From: Burkholderiales bacterium
GTDB lineage: Bacteria > Pseudomonadota > Gammaproteobacteria > Burkholderiales > SHXO01
Direction: 5' to 3'
Assembly: GCA_046160525.1 (NCBI GenBank)
Contig: JBJXGQ010000191.1
Span: 1,428-65,427, forward strand
DNA: 64,000 bases
Under the pieces are notes generated by a model, which saw only the letters and a program-made list of their open reading frames with translations, was not told the origin of the DNA and did not search any database. Shown here piece after piece: positions 44,825 to 55,107 of the stretch; position 1 is the first letter of the stretch; each line of letters starts with the position of its first letter. A program made the translations under genes and the position numbers.

Positions 44825-46274
44825 GCTGCCGCCGCAAGAAAGTTCTCGCCACCGCTACATCGTCGAAAGGCAAACGCTCGCCGCGAATCTCCTGGTAAGT
44901 TTCGTGGCCCTTGCCGGCGAGCAGAACGATATCGTTGGGCTGGGCTTCTTCGATGGCGCAATGAATCGCGGCTGCGCGATCGGCTTGCACCCGGTAATTG
45001 CCATGGGCGCCTCCGATGATGCTCTCGATAATTTTCAGGGGCTCTTCATCTCGCGGATTATCGCTTGTCACAACAGTGAGATCGGCCAAGCGCGTGGCGA
45101 TCTCGCCCATGAGAGGCCGCTTGCCCGGATCGCGATTTCCGCCGCAACCAAGTACGCAGATCAAGCGCGCGCCGTCAGGTTTTATGTCCGCCAAAGTCTG
45201 AAGCACTTTCTCCAGCGCATCGGGAGTATGAGCATAATCCACCACCACTAAGGGGCCTTGCCCTTCCCGGACGATTTGCAAACGACCGGGCACCGGTTGC
45301 ATGGCGGACAACGCCCTCGTTGCATCGGAAAGACTCACCCCAGCCGCCAGCAACATGCCAAGAACTCCAAGCAGATTACTGGCATTGAAGCCCCCGAGTA
45401 ATTGGCTTTCGATTTCGCTCTTTCCCCAGGGTGTTTCGATTTCCAGCCGTAGGCCCCGGCTGGACAAATCCAAGCGGTGGCCGGATATTTCTCCTTTGCC
45501 AATGCCGTAACTCATCACCTCCAGCGCACCCCGGTCCAGACGGGCGGCGAGGTTCGCGCCAAATTCGTCGTCCAAGTTCACCACTGCGTGCTTGAGCGTA
45601 GGCCAGGCAAAGAGTTTTGCCTTGGCGGCGCCATAACGCTCCATGCTGCCGTGATAGTCCAAATGATCGCGTGTGAGATTGGTGAAGAGGGCAGCACTAA
45701 ATTGCACGCCGTCTACCCGGCCTTGATCCAGGCCATGAGAGGATACTTCCATCGCGACACTCGCGGCCCCGTGGTTCAGATAATCCGCCAGCAGTTGGTG
45801 CAAGGTAACGACATCCGGGGTGGTGTGGGAAGCCGGTGAAAGCTCGCCCGGAAATCCATTGCCCAAGGTGCCAATCACGGCGGTGCGCCGGCCCAATTGC
45901 GTGAGGCTGTGCGCAAGCCATTGGCTGCAGGAGGTCTTGCCATTGGTCCCGGTCACACCGGCCACCCACATTTTCCGCGAAGGATGCGAAAGCCCATGGG
46001 ACACCAATTCGCCCAGCACCTTGCGCAATCCGCGCACGGGCAAATTTGGAACGCGCCATTCCTCGCGCCACTGAAATCCGTCTTGCTCCCAAATCACGGC
46101 AGCCGCACCCGCCGAAATCGCATGCGGAATATCCAGCCGGGGATCATGGCGCATGCCGGGCAGCGCGACAAAAACATCGCCCGCGCGCACGCGCCGGCTA
46201 TCGGCCACCATGCGCGTGAGATCCACGCCGAGCGCGGCGAGCGCCCCTGGAAGCACTGTGGCACGCGCCATCAC
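44817..46274 (-). CDS. murE: UDP-N-acetylmuramoyl-L-alanyl-D-glutamate--2,6-diaminopimelate ligase
   Basis: 485 aa. VTGTNGKTS, DYAHTPDAL and the DNPR motif (SDNPRDE), consistent with meso-DAP specificity. Confidence 0.96.
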   Translation of the reverse strand: MMARATVLPGALAALGVDLTRMVADSRRVRAGDVFVALPGMRHDPRLDIPHAISAGAAAVIWEQDGFQWREEWRVPNLPVRGLRKVLGELVSHGLSHPSRKMWVAGVTGTNGKTSCSQWLAHSLTQLGRRTAVIGTLGNGFPGELSPASHTTPDVVTLHQLLADYLNHGAASVAMEVSSHGLDQGRVDGVQFSAALFTNLTRDHLDYHGSMERYGAAKAKLFAWPTLKHAVVNLDDEFGANLAARLDRGALEVMSYGIGKGEISGHRLDLSSRGLRLEIETPWGKSEIESQLLGGFNASNLLGVLGMLLAAGVSLSDATRALSAMQPVPGRLQIVREGQGPLVVVDYAHTPDALEKVLQTLADIKPDGARLICVLGCGGNRDPGKRPLMGEIATRLADLTVVTSDNPRDEEPLKIIESIIGGAHGNYRVQADRAAAIHCAIEEAQPNDIVLLAGKGHETYQEIRGERLPFDDVAVARTFLRRQHA

Positions 46275-47998
46275 GCCTTTTCCTTTGGCAGTGCCGCTTG
46301 CACGCCCAATCCAGGCCCAAGAAAATCGTCGGGAGCCACGCCCAAAGCGCGTAGAGCCGCACCCATCACTTCGCTAAAGACGGGGGCGGCGACTTGTCCG
46401 CCGTAATACTCGTGGCCGCCGGGTTCATCGATCATCACCGCCACGATCAATCGCGGATCGGACACCGGCGCTAGCCCCACGAAGGACGCCACGTAACGGT
46501 GGGCCGAATAGCCTTTGTTCTCGATCTTGTGAGCGGTCCCGGTCTTGCCCGCAACGCGGTAACCCGCCACGCGTGCAAGCACCGCCGTACCATCGGCGCT
46601 CACCACGGACTCCATCATCTGGCGCACGGTGTTCGCGGTACGCGCGGAAATCACTTGACGGCCGGCAACGGGTTCGTCGTGGCGCAGCAGGTGCAGGGGT
46701 TGCAACTGGCCGCCGGTCGCGAATAGCGTATAGGCTCGCGCCAATTGCACGAGGCTCACGGAAATTCCATGGCCGAAGGAAATGGTGGCATGCTGGATGG
46801 GTTTCCAGCTCCTGTAGGGCCACAGTATTCCGCCTGCTTCTCCGGGAAAACCGCTTCCTGGCAAAGTGCCGAACCCCGCGCCGGACAAAACGCCCCAGAG
46901 CTTCTCCGCGGGAAAGCCAAAGGCGATCTTGGCGATCCCGACGTTGGAGGATTTTTGAATGACCTGGGAAACCGTCAGCAGGCCTTCCGGGTGGGCGTCG
47001 TGAATTTGGCGGTTACCCACCTGCAGTACACCAGGGCCTGTTTCCACCAGCGTTTCCGGCTCGACGCTGCCGGCTTCCAAGGCAGCCGCGACGGTGAAGG
47101 GCTTGAGCGTGGAACCGGGTTCGAATAAATCCGTGACGGCGCGATTGCGCGTTCGCTCGCGGTCGAGTTTTTCGCGGTTGTTGGGATTGAAGGTGGGCAC
47201 GTTGGCGAGCGCCAGCACCTCGCCCGTCTTCACGTCCAGCACGACGATGGCTCCGGCCTTGGCCTTGTGCTTGGACACCGCCGCGCGCAATTCGCGGTAG
47301 GCCAGGTACTGCAACTTGCTGTCGATGCTCAAGGTGAGATCGCGCCCGTTGCGGGGCGGGCGCAGCTTTTCCACGTCCTCCACGATGCGCCCCTTGCGAT
47401 CGCGTATGACATGCCGGCTTCCGGGCGCACCCTTTAGCCAGTTTTGGTACGCCAGCTCCATTCCTTCCTGGCCGCGGTCATCGACATCGCTGATGCCGAG
47501 CAACTGCGCGCTCACTTCGCCCGCCGGATAAAAGCGGTTGTATTCCCGTTTCAAGAACACTCCGGACAAATTCATGCGCACCACCTCCGCGGCGGTCTCG
47601 GGTGGCAAGCGGCGCTTGAGGTAAACGAATTCCCGGTCGTGCACGGCCAAGCGCTTGGCAATTTCCTGGTGATCCATGCCGAGCAGTTTGGCCAGATTGC
47701 GCCGCTCGTCATCTCCCATATTCACATCGCCAGGGCTTACGAAAACCGATTCCGCCGGAGCACTGACGGCGAGCGGTTCCCCATGGCGGTCGGCGATGAT
47801 TCCGCGATGGGCTGGCAGCGTGATGACGCGGGTGTACGCGCTGGCCCCTTTTTGCTGCAGCCACTCATCTTGCATGATCTGCAGATAGAAGGCCCGCCCG
47901 CAAAGCCCCGCGAAAGCCAGCAAGATTCCACCCACGACGAAACGTGACCGGCCCACGGGCAACTTCAAGCGCAAAGCGGGGTTGGCGGTGGGCTTCAT
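46271..47998 (-). CDS. ftsI: peptidoglycan D,D-transpeptidase FtsI (PBP3)
   Basis: Starts [20 protein letters not shown] at 47998 (4-nt overlap with ftsL). SxxK GSTLKPF, SSN and KTGTA. Confidence 0.96.
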   Translation of the reverse strand: MKPTANPALRLKLPVGRSRFVVGGILLAFAGLCGRAFYLQIMQDEWLQQKGASAYTRVITLPAHRGIIADRHGEPLAVSAPAESVFVSPGDVNMGDDERRNLAKLLGMDHQEIAKRLAVHDREFVYLKRRLPPETAAEVVRMNLSGVFLKREYNRFYPAGEVSAQLLGISDVDDRGQEGMELAYQNWLKGAPGSRHVIRDRKGRIVEDVEKLRPPRNGRDLTLSIDSKLQYLAYRELRAAVSKHKAKAGAIVVLDVKTGEVLALANVPTFNPNNREKLDRERTRNRAVTDLFEPGSTLKPFTVAAALEAGSVEPETLVETGPGVLQVGNRQIHDAHPEGLLTVSQVIQKSSNVGIAKIAFGFPAEKLWGVLSGAGFGTLPGSGFPGEAGGILWPYRSWKPIQHATISFGHGISVSLVQLARAYTLFATGGQLQPLHLLRHDEPVAGRQVISARTANTVRQMMESVVSADGTAVLARVAGYRVAGKTGTAHKIENKGYSAHRYVASFVGLAPVSDPRLIVAVMIDEPGGHEYYGGQVAAPVFSEVMGAALRALGVAPDDFLGPGLGVQAALPKEKA

Positions 47999-48273
47999 GG
48001 TGTACCGCCGCGTGGCAGGTAAAGCATCTGCACCTGTTGGCCCGCGGGAGTAGCCATGCGCAAGCGCGAAGCCGCCACCTTCTCGATATGCGAGTGCATG
48101 CTGAATGTGCTTTGCTCGATCTGCAGCTGCCCCCATTCCACTTCGATTTGCTTGGTGGTCTGCTGCTCTCTTTCCAGTTCCGCATAGAGTTTGCGGGCTT
48201 GATGCTGCGAGGTCACCAAGCCCGCGGCACTAGACAGGAGGATCGCCAGAAGCACCGCCGTCACCTTGGTCAT
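47995..48273 (-). CDS. ftsL: cell division protein FtsL
   Basis: 92 aa. Single TM plus coiled coil ([30 protein letters not shown]). Lies between rsmH and ftsI. Confidence 0.9.
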   Translation of the reverse strand: MTKVTAVLLAILLSSAAGLVTSQHQARKLYAELEREQQTTKQIEVEWGQLQIEQSTFSMHSHIEKVAASRLRMATPAGQQVQMLYLPRGGTP

Positions 48274-49199
48274 GCCGCGAGCCTTTCGGCCACGCGCATC
48301 ACCGCGCTGCGAGACCTGGGGTTGCGTGCAACCTCTTCCTTAGAGGGGCGAATCGCCCGGCTCAGCGTTCTTAGCCTGGGCTGGGGTAACTCACTGGCGC
48401 GAAGGGGCAGGCGCTCGGGAACACCCCGAGGTTTGGATTCTTGCTGGAAGAAGCGCTTGACGATCCGGTCTTCCAGGGAATGAAAGCTGATGACGACCAT
48501 ACGCCCTCCAATCCGCAAATGCGCCATGGCTTGGGCTAGGCCTCTCGATAACTCCTCAAGCTCTTGATTGATGAAAATCCGAAGAGCTTGGAATGTACGC
48601 GTCGCCGGGTCCTGCCCGGGCTCGCGCGATGGGACAGCGGACGCCACGATCTGGGCAAGCTCCCGGGTGGAAAGGATGGGTCCCCGCGCCCTAGCCGCAA
48701 CAATCGCTCTTGCAATCTTCCCAGCAAACCGTTCCTCGCCATATTCCTTGATCACCTCGTGAAGTTGGGATTCCGAAACCTTCGACAACCATTCCGATAC
48801 CGTGGCCCCGCGCGTGGTATCCATGCGCATGTCAAGGGGCCCGTCGAGCCGAAAACTCATTCCGCGCGCCGCATTGCCCAATTGGGGGGACGACACGCCC
48901 AGATCGAATAAGACGCCATGGATGTCGTGAACAGCAGCGGCAGCCAAGGCCTCATCCAGATCGCCAAAAGAAGAATGCAGGACCTTCAAGCGCGGGTCCT
49001 CCATGGCAGATGCGAACCGGACGGCGTCCGGGTCACGGTCCAGGGCGATGAGCCTGCCCGCGCTTCCCAGCCGTGACAGAATGGCCCGGCTGTGGCCGCC
49101 GCGCCCGAAGGTGCAGTCGAGATATATCCCCTGGGGTTCGATTGCGAGTGCTTCAATGGCCTCGGCGAGTAGTACGGGTTCGTGCGCATTGCCAGTCAC
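48270..49199 (-). CDS. rsmH: 16S rRNA (cytosine1402-N4)-methyltransferase
   Basis: [13 protein letters not shown]...[15 protein letters not shown] 49199 forms a GTGA overlap with the mraZ stop; the track start 49319 would overlap mraZ by 124 nt. Confidence 0.95.
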   Translation of the reverse strand: MTGNAHEPVLLAEAIEALAIEPQGIYLDCTFGRGGHSRAILSRLGSAGRLIALDRDPDAVRFASAMEDPRLKVLHSSFGDLDEALAAAAVHDIHGVLFDLGVSSPQLGNAARGMSFRLDGPLDMRMDTTRGATVSEWLSKVSESQLHEVIKEYGEERFAGKIARAIVAARARGPILSTRELAQIVASAVPSREPGQDPATRTFQALRIFINQELEELSRGLAQAMAHLRIGGRMVVISFHSLEDRIVKRFFQQESKPRGVPERLPLRASELPQPRLRTLSRAIRPSKEEVARNPRSRSAVMRVAERLAA

Positions 49200-49639
49200 A
49201 AGGAAATGTCGAACTGCGGACCCAGGCCGCCCTGCTGCAAGGAGATGGCCTCGTCCATTCGAGCGTTCCATTTCTCGCTGTCCCACAGCGTGAATTTTTT
49301 TCCCCGTCCAACCAGGCAAACATCCTTGGCCAATCCAACAAACTCCCTCAATTCGGGAGGCACGAGGATGCGTCCCGCACTATCCAATTCGAGCTCGCGC
49401 GCATTGCCAATCAGCAAATCCTGCAACGCCTCGACTTGCGGGTTCGTGGAAGGAAGACTGTTTACCCGCTCCTCAATCACCAACCATTCGGGTTCCGGAT
49501 AGAGCAGAATGCACGAATGCGATGCAGCCGTCGCCATTAGGCGGCCACCAGCCTGAGCCACGATAACGTCGCGGCTCTTGGATGGAATGGCCAGCCGGCC
49601 CTTACTATCCAACGTTAGCCGAGTGACGCCCCTGAACAC
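49196..49639 (-). CDS. mraZ: division/cell wall cluster transcriptional regulator MraZ
   Basis: 147 aa. [21 protein letters not shown] and a second SpoVT-AbrB repeat ([10 protein letters not shown]). GTG start with GAGGGA SD. Confidence 0.97.
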   Translation of the reverse strand: MFRGVTRLTLDSKGRLAIPSKSRDVIVAQAGGRLMATAASHSCILLYPEPEWLVIEERVNSLPSTNPQVEALQDLLIGNARELELDSAGRILVPPELREFVGLAKDVCLVGRGKKFTLWDSEKWNARMDEAISLQQGGLGPQFDISL

Positions 49640-49683
49640 ACTTTCCCTCTTTTTGGCTCGCCATCAATTCAATTGCCCTCTAA

Positions 49684-49760
49684 ACCCACCCAAAATCTCC
49701 ACAATTACCCACTAAACTCCACTTGGCTCCACTATAAGAGAAAAATATGCCCGGGGTCAA
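49684..49760 (-). promoter_or_regulatory. dcw (Pmra-like) promoter with phased MraZ-box direct repeats
   Basis: Minus strand reads TTGACC (49760-49755), 18 nt, TATAGT (49736-49731). Then come GTGGAG, GTGGAG, GTGGGT, GTGGAG starting every 10 nt (plus-strand CTCCAC/ACCCAC at 49727, 49717, 49707, 49697), plus an off-phase GTGGGT at 49684-49689. Confidence 0.7.
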
Positions 49761-49790
49761 TCAACCTTTTCGTTTTTAGGACAAGCGCTT

Positions 49791-49826
49791 AGCATAAATT
49801 TATGCTGCTACGCAGCATAAATTTAT
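49791..49826. repeat. AT-rich 16-bp perfect palindrome plus 13-nt direct repeat upstream of the dcw promoter
   Basis: AGCATAAATTTATGCT at 49791-49806 is a perfect palindrome. AGCATAAATTTAT recurs at 49814-49826. Confidence 0.8.
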
Positions 49827-49948
49827 AGAGGTTCACAAATCAACCGGTTGTGATCTTTTTCTCAAGTGAATTCGCGGCGCGAGATCCGCGTGCACGGCGG
49901 GCACAAGCAAGCCAGAAAGGCAGGTTGCTAGACGTTGGTTGGCGTAAA

Positions 49949-50456
49949 GGGCGAAGCCGGCCTGTAAGCCGGGTTCTGTTCGGAGGCGAACCTCCGTGAC
50001 AGTCATTCCTCTAGGCCACCAGTTACCCGGTGGCTCAAGCGACCTACCCGAGAGCGGCGCGAGCCACGCCAATGCCCTCCTATTTGGTCTTGCTCCGAAT
50101 GGGGTTTGCCATGCCGTCACCGTTACTGGCGACGCGGTGGGCTCTTACCCGCAGCTAGCTTGCACCAGCCACCGCGCACGTTACCGTGTCGCGCGCCATT
50201 GCACCCTTACCGGCACGCATCGGAAACGCGCTTGGGCGGTGTGTTTTCTGTTGCACCGTAGGTGAACCAATCCACCGTGAGCAAGCGCTTTCGCGCCCGT
50301 TCCGATGTTTTTCGGCAGCAGGTCGCAACCTACGGTCCCTTGGGAGGGACTTTCCATCGTCTTTCGACGTCCGGCCGTTAGCCGGCATTCCGCTCTATGG
50401 AGCCCGGACTTTCCTCCCCGCGGCAAAGACCGCGCGGCGACTGTCCAGCCGACTTC
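49949..50456 (-). ncRNA. rnpB: RNase P RNA (bacterial type A), unusually long (~508 nt)
   Basis: The reverse strand carries the universal blocks in order: GAAGTCGGCTGGACAGTCGCC..., GGAGGAAAGTCCGGGCTCCATAG, GTGCAACAGAAAAC, GGTAAGGGTG, GGGTAAGAGCCCACC, GGAGCAAGACCAAATAGG, and ACAGAACCCGGCTTACAGGCCGGCTTC pairing back to the 5' end. Ends are +/- a few nt. Confidence 0.93.
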
Positions 50457-50490
50457 GCACTTCGATCCTAACACTCTTGGGATGAGTCTC

Positions 50491-51525
50491 CTAACAAAGA
50501 CCCCACCCAACCGTTTCTCCGGCGCGAAACGGTACTAATTGACTGGCACCGTAGTTGATCTCCCGGGGCACCGGCCAGCCCTTACGCGAGAGCGAGATCT
50601 GCTCGTGGTTGCGAGGAAGTCCGTAGAAGTCCGCTCCGTTGAAACTGGCGAAGGCCTCCAACTGATGCAAGGCGTCCGCTGTGTCGAAGACTTCCGCATA
50701 GAGCTCGATCCCGGCATGGGCCGTATAAAGCCCCGCGCAACCGCAATCGTTTTCCTTGGTATGTCTTGCGTGGGGCGCGCTATCGGTACCCAAAAAGAAC
50801 TTCTTTTCGCCGGATGTGGCGGCATTCACCAAGGCAATCCGGTGCTTCTCGCGCTTGACGATGGGCAGGCAATAGGCATGGGGACGAATCCCGCCCTGAA
50901 ATAGAGCGTTTCTGTTCAAAAGCAGATGATGGGCGGTAATAGTCGCCGCAACGGTGGAGGGTGCTTGGCGGACAAAAGCGACGGCCTCCTCCGTAGTCAC
51001 ATGCTCCAGTACGATTTTCAGCAGGGGAAACCGCTGAACCAAGCCCGCCAGCGTTTCCTCGATGAAAACTCTCTCCCGGTCGAACACATCGACATGCGAA
51101 GCGGTCACCTCGCCATGAATGAGCAATGGCATGCCTACTTCGCTCATGGTTTCCAGGGCGCCATGGCATTTCGCTATGTCGGTCACGCCAGAATCCGAAT
51201 TGGTGGTCGCACCCGCCGGATAGAGCTTGGCGGCATGGACGATGCCGCTGGCGTGCGCACGGCGAATCTCCTCCGGAGGGGTATTGTCCGTTAGGTACAC
51301 AGTCATGAGCGGCTCGAAGGATGCGCCACCAGGCAATGCCGCGAGAATGCGCTCGCGGTAGGCCTGCGCCGCCTGCGTCGTGGTGACGGGGGGCTTCAGA
51401 TTGGGCATCACGATAGCCCGGCCAAAGCGCTTGGCCGTATCGGGCAACACTGCCCGCATATGCTCGCCGTCGCGCAGGTGAAGATGCCAATCGTCGGGTC
51501 TTGTTAGGGTGATATGGTCAATCAT
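50491..51525 (-). CDS. pyrC: dihydroorotase (homodimeric class II type)
   Basis: 344 aa. [22 protein letters not shown]. Confidence 0.95.
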   Translation of the reverse strand: MIDHITLTRPDDWHLHLRDGEHMRAVLPDTAKRFGRAIVMPNLKPPVTTTQAAQAYRERILAALPGGASFEPLMTVYLTDNTPPEEIRRAHASGIVHAAKLYPAGATTNSDSGVTDIAKCHGALETMSEVGMPLLIHGEVTASHVDVFDRERVFIEETLAGLVQRFPLLKIVLEHVTTEEAVAFVRQAPSTVAATITAHHLLLNRNALFQGGIRPHAYCLPIVKREKHRIALVNAATSGEKKFFLGTDSAPHARHTKENDCGCAGLYTAHAGIELYAEVFDTADALHQLEAFASFNGADFYGLPRNHEQISLSRKGWPVPREINYGASQLVPFRAGETVGWGLC

Positions 51526-52402
51526 CGGAGGTCTCGTTGGTCGTACCTTTTAATTTCAAAGCCAAGGCGTAGAGTTCATTGCGTTTGCCACCTGTGATGT
51601 CCGCCGCCAGGCGCACCGCCTCTTTCGTTGGTAGCTTTTCGCACAGTAGCGCCAGCACGCGCTCGGGCGGCACGCCATGGGAGGTGCTCTGCTCTTGCCC
51701 GCCCTCTACTATTAGCACGAACTCGCCGCGCCGGTGGTCTGCGTGCTCATCGAGCCATGCGAGGATCTCCGGCAACGGTGCGATTTTGCTCTCCTCGAAC
51801 TTCTTGGTGAGTTCCCGGAAAACCGCGCACTGGCGGTTAGGTCCGTAGCAGTCGGCCAAGTCGCGCAGCGTTTCCACGATCCTATGGGGTGACTCGTAGA
51901 ACACGAGCTTATAAGGAAAGGTCTTGAGTGCTTCCAGCACCTGCGTCCTTGCACGCCTTTGGCTCGGCAAGAAACCATGGAACAGGAACTGCGTACTTTC
52001 CCACCCCAGCACGGACAAAGCGCAAACCGCCGCCGAGGGACCAGGAATAGGCCACACCTTCACCCCGGCGGAGCGTGCCTTGCCCACGAAGACGGCGCCG
52101 GGGTCGCTCACCCCCGGGGTTCCAGCATCGGTAACGAGCGCCACGGATTGGCCTTGCTGCATCAAAGTTACGAGGCGCGCGGCTTCGCGGGCCTCGTTGT
52201 GTTCACGCAAAGAGACAATCTTTGCGCTTAGTCCGTAGTGCGATAGAAGATGTCGCGTAACCCGAGTGTCCTCGGCGGCGATCAGATCAACGGCGGACAA
52301 GACATCCAAGGCCCTCAAGGTGATGTCCCGCAGGTTACCTATCGGCGTAGCGAGCACATATAATCCTGCCTCAACGCTATCGAGAGAACGGCTATGCAAC
52401 AC
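51518..52402 (-). CDS. rsmI: 16S rRNA (cytidine1402-2'-O)-methyltransferase
   Basis: 294 aa. [30 protein letters not shown] and FYESPHR. GTG start. Confidence 0.94.
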   Translation of the reverse strand: MLHSRSLDSVEAGLYVLATPIGNLRDITLRALDVLSAVDLIAAEDTRVTRHLLSHYGLSAKIVSLREHNEAREAARLVTLMQQGQSVALVTDAGTPGVSDPGAVFVGKARSAGVKVWPIPGPSAAVCALSVLGWESTQFLFHGFLPSQRRARTQVLEALKTFPYKLVFYESPHRIVETLRDLADCYGPNRQCAVFRELTKKFEESKIAPLPEILAWLDEHADHRRGEFVLIVEGGQEQSTSHGVPPERVLALLCEKLPTKEAVRLAADITGGKRNELYALALKLKGTTNETSDD

Positions 52403-53482
52403 GTATTTAAGCTCTTACGGAAAATTAATTTCTCACTATACGTGGCTGCGCTTGCGCTCGCCATTCCCAATGCCGGCGCACAGCAGGCGGAGGAAACCTC
52501 AGCGAACCACGTCGCGGTCATCCTTCCTCTCAAATCGGAGACCCTCGGGCGGCAAGCCGACGCCGTTCGCCAGGGCATCTTGCAAGCAGCGGCCGCCAAT
52601 AAACAAGGCCTGCCCGTGATTGTCCATGCCACCAGTGACGACGCCAAGGAAATTCAGGCTACCTATGAGCGCGCGACCAATGAAGGCGCGCGTGCGGTCA
52701 TAGGACCCCTATCCCGTAGCGCTGTGACCGCGCTAGCGGTGGGCGGGCAAATCAAGGTGCCCACGCTAGCGCTCAACACCCCCGAGGGCGAGCTCATCAT
52801 GCCCCGGCATTTGTATATTTTCGGCCTCCAAGTCGATACGGAGGCGCGGCAACTGGCCCGGGTGGCGGCCAAGAGAGGACTCAAGCGCGTCTTCATCGTT
52901 GCCGCGGAAACCCCGGTATCCAGCCGGATCGCGCAGGCATTCAAGGAAGAATGGCAAGCCCGGGGGGGCAGCATCGCCGAGGAATTTGCCTACAACGCCG
53001 ATCCAAGCGTGCTCTCCAAGCTCAAGGATAGGCCGCAAGCCACCAACGCCGACATCGTACTACTGGCGCTGGATTCCAGCCGTGCCAAGCTTGCGCGTCC
53101 CTATATAAGCGGAGCGCTACCCGTATTTGCCACGTCCCTGGCTTACAACAGCAACGATCCCCTGGAGAACTTCGAACTCGACGGTGTGATGTTTCTGGAT
53201 ATGCCCTGGCTTCTGCTGCCCGATCACGCGGCAGTAGTCACTTACAACCGGGCACTTCCCTTCGCTTCGCTCGAAACCCAGCGGTTCTTCGCCCTGGGAA
53301 TAGACGCCTACCGAATCGTGCAAGAACTCATCAATCCGTTTTTGAAGATCGACGAAGAACCCCTTGATGGCGTCACCGGCCTCATCTTACGCGGTGAGAA
53401 CCAGCGTTTCGTCCGGGAACTCACTCCCGCCGATTTCCACAACGGTATCGCACGCTCCCTCGCCGACACCGCCTACCGATGA
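52394..53482 (+). CDS. penicillin-binding protein activator, LpoA/YraM (LppC) family, periplasmic
   Basis: 362 aa. Signal peptide and periplasmic-binding-protein-like fold. Conserved rsmI <> lpoA-yraN-diaA-BON arrangement. No lipobox Cys. Confidence 0.75.
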   Translation: MQHVFKLLRKINFSLYVAALALAIPNAGAQQAEETSANHVAVILPLKSETLGRQADAVRQGILQAAAANKQGLPVIVHATSDDAKEIQATYERATNEGARAVIGPLSRSAVTALAVGGQIKVPTLALNTPEGELIMPRHLYIFGLQVDTEARQLARVAAKRGLKRVFIVAAETPVSSRIAQAFKEEWQARGGSIAEEFAYNADPSVLSKLKDRPQATNADIVLLALDSSRAKLARPYISGALPVFATSLAYNSNDPLENFELDGVMFLDMPWLLLPDHAAVVTYNRALPFASLETQRFFALGIDAYRIVQELINPFLKIDEEPLDGVTGLILRGENQRFVRELTPADFHNGIARSLADTAYR

Positions 53483-53817
53483 TCTCGGCGGGTGCTGGCG
53501 CGGAGGATGAGGCTCTTGCATTCCTCCGCCACCAGGGCCTGCAACTTCTGGAGCGAAACTACCGCTGCCGCTTTGGCGAAATTGACCTCATCATGAAGGA
53601 GGGTGCGACCCTCGTGTTCGTGGAGGTGCGCATGCGAAAAAACGCCAGCTTTGGCGGCGCCGCGGAGAGCATCACGGCGCGTAAGCAAAAACGAATTATC
53701 GCGGCCGCGCGCCACTACTTGTCACAGTCCCGCGTAGTACCCAACTGCCGTTTCGACGCCCTACTCCTTTGCCCCAATCAGCCCGCTGACTGGATTCGCG
53801 ACGCCTTCGGCGAATAA
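53479..53817 (+). CDS. YraN family (UPF0102) endonuclease-like protein
   Basis: 112 aa. AEDEALAFLRHQGLQLLERNYRCRFGEIDLIMKEGATLVFVEVRMR. Confidence 0.9.
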   Translation: MISAGAGAEDEALAFLRHQGLQLLERNYRCRFGEIDLIMKEGATLVFVEVRMRKNASFGGAAESITARKQKRIIAAARHYLSQSRVVPNCRFDALLLCPNQPADWIRDAFGE

Positions 53818-53880
53818 AACGCTCCACTCGCGGGGCATCCCGGCTGTTGTGCAATAATTCCGGCGGCATATACAGCCTAA

Positions 53881-54476
<596 letters not shown>

Positions 54477-54477
<1 letters not shown>

Positions 54478-55055
54478 TGACAGATCTTCGGCGTTTGATT
54501 CTGATGGGAGTTCTAGCGGTCGTTCCCGCCTTGGCGGGGTGCGTTCCCGTTCTGCTGGCTGGCGGCGCCACGGCAGGCTACATGTTCGCCGAAGACAGGC
54601 GCACCAGCGGCGTATACGTAGAGGACCAGGGCATCGAGTTCAAGGCCAGTAGCCGCATCAGGGAACGTTATGGCGACCAAGTACACATCAACGCCACCAG
54701 CTTTAATCGCGTCGTCCTTCTAACGGGCGAAGTACCCAGCGAAGAGGCGAAGGCCGCCGTGACGGAAATAGTCAAGAGTGTCGAGAACGTCCGCAGCGTA
54801 CAGAACGAAACCATTGTCGCGGGTGCCAGCGCCATGAGCGCGCGGGCCAACGACGCTTACACGACCAGCAAGGTAAAAAGCCGCCTGGTTGGGACAAAAG
54901 ACCTTTCGGCAACGCACATAAAAGTCGTGACGGAAAACAATATCGTGTACTTGATGGGGCTGGTCACCCACCGCGAGGCCGACATGGCCTCGGAAATCAC
55001 ACGCGGGACATCGGGCGTGCTCAAAGTAGTGCGCGTCTTCGAGTACGTCGACTAG
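54477..55055 (+). CDS. BON domain-containing lipoprotein (DolP/YraP-like)
   Basis: 192 aa. Lipobox VPALAGC and two BON repeats (VHINATSFNRVVLLTGEV / IKVVTENNIVYLMGLV). Confidence 0.88.
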
Positions 55056-55107
55056 GGTCTTGGCCAGGGCTAAACTAACGGCTGTGCGATTCGCCTTCCT
55101 CCATTAG

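Noticed and set aside
50341-50360. Second GGAAAGTCC 9-mer inside rnpB, considered as evidence of a tandem or duplicated rnpB
   Set aside because: Only one copy is followed by GGGCTCCATAG and only one set of the other universal blocks exists. The repeat lies within the putative insertion and is reported as part of that finding, not as a second gene.
49833-50538. Six overlapping ORFs of 77-109 aa on both strands
   Set aside because: They lie inside the RNase P RNA gene, whose conserved primary-sequence blocks explain the region. None has coding character.
52394-52402. 9-bp overlap of the divergent 5' ends of rsmI (GTG 52402) and the LpoA-like gene (ATG 52394)
   Set aside because: This is most likely a start-codon assignment artefact; rsmI could start at the adjacent TTG or the LpoA-like signal peptide could start later. 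It is not evidence of anything unusual without N-terminal data.
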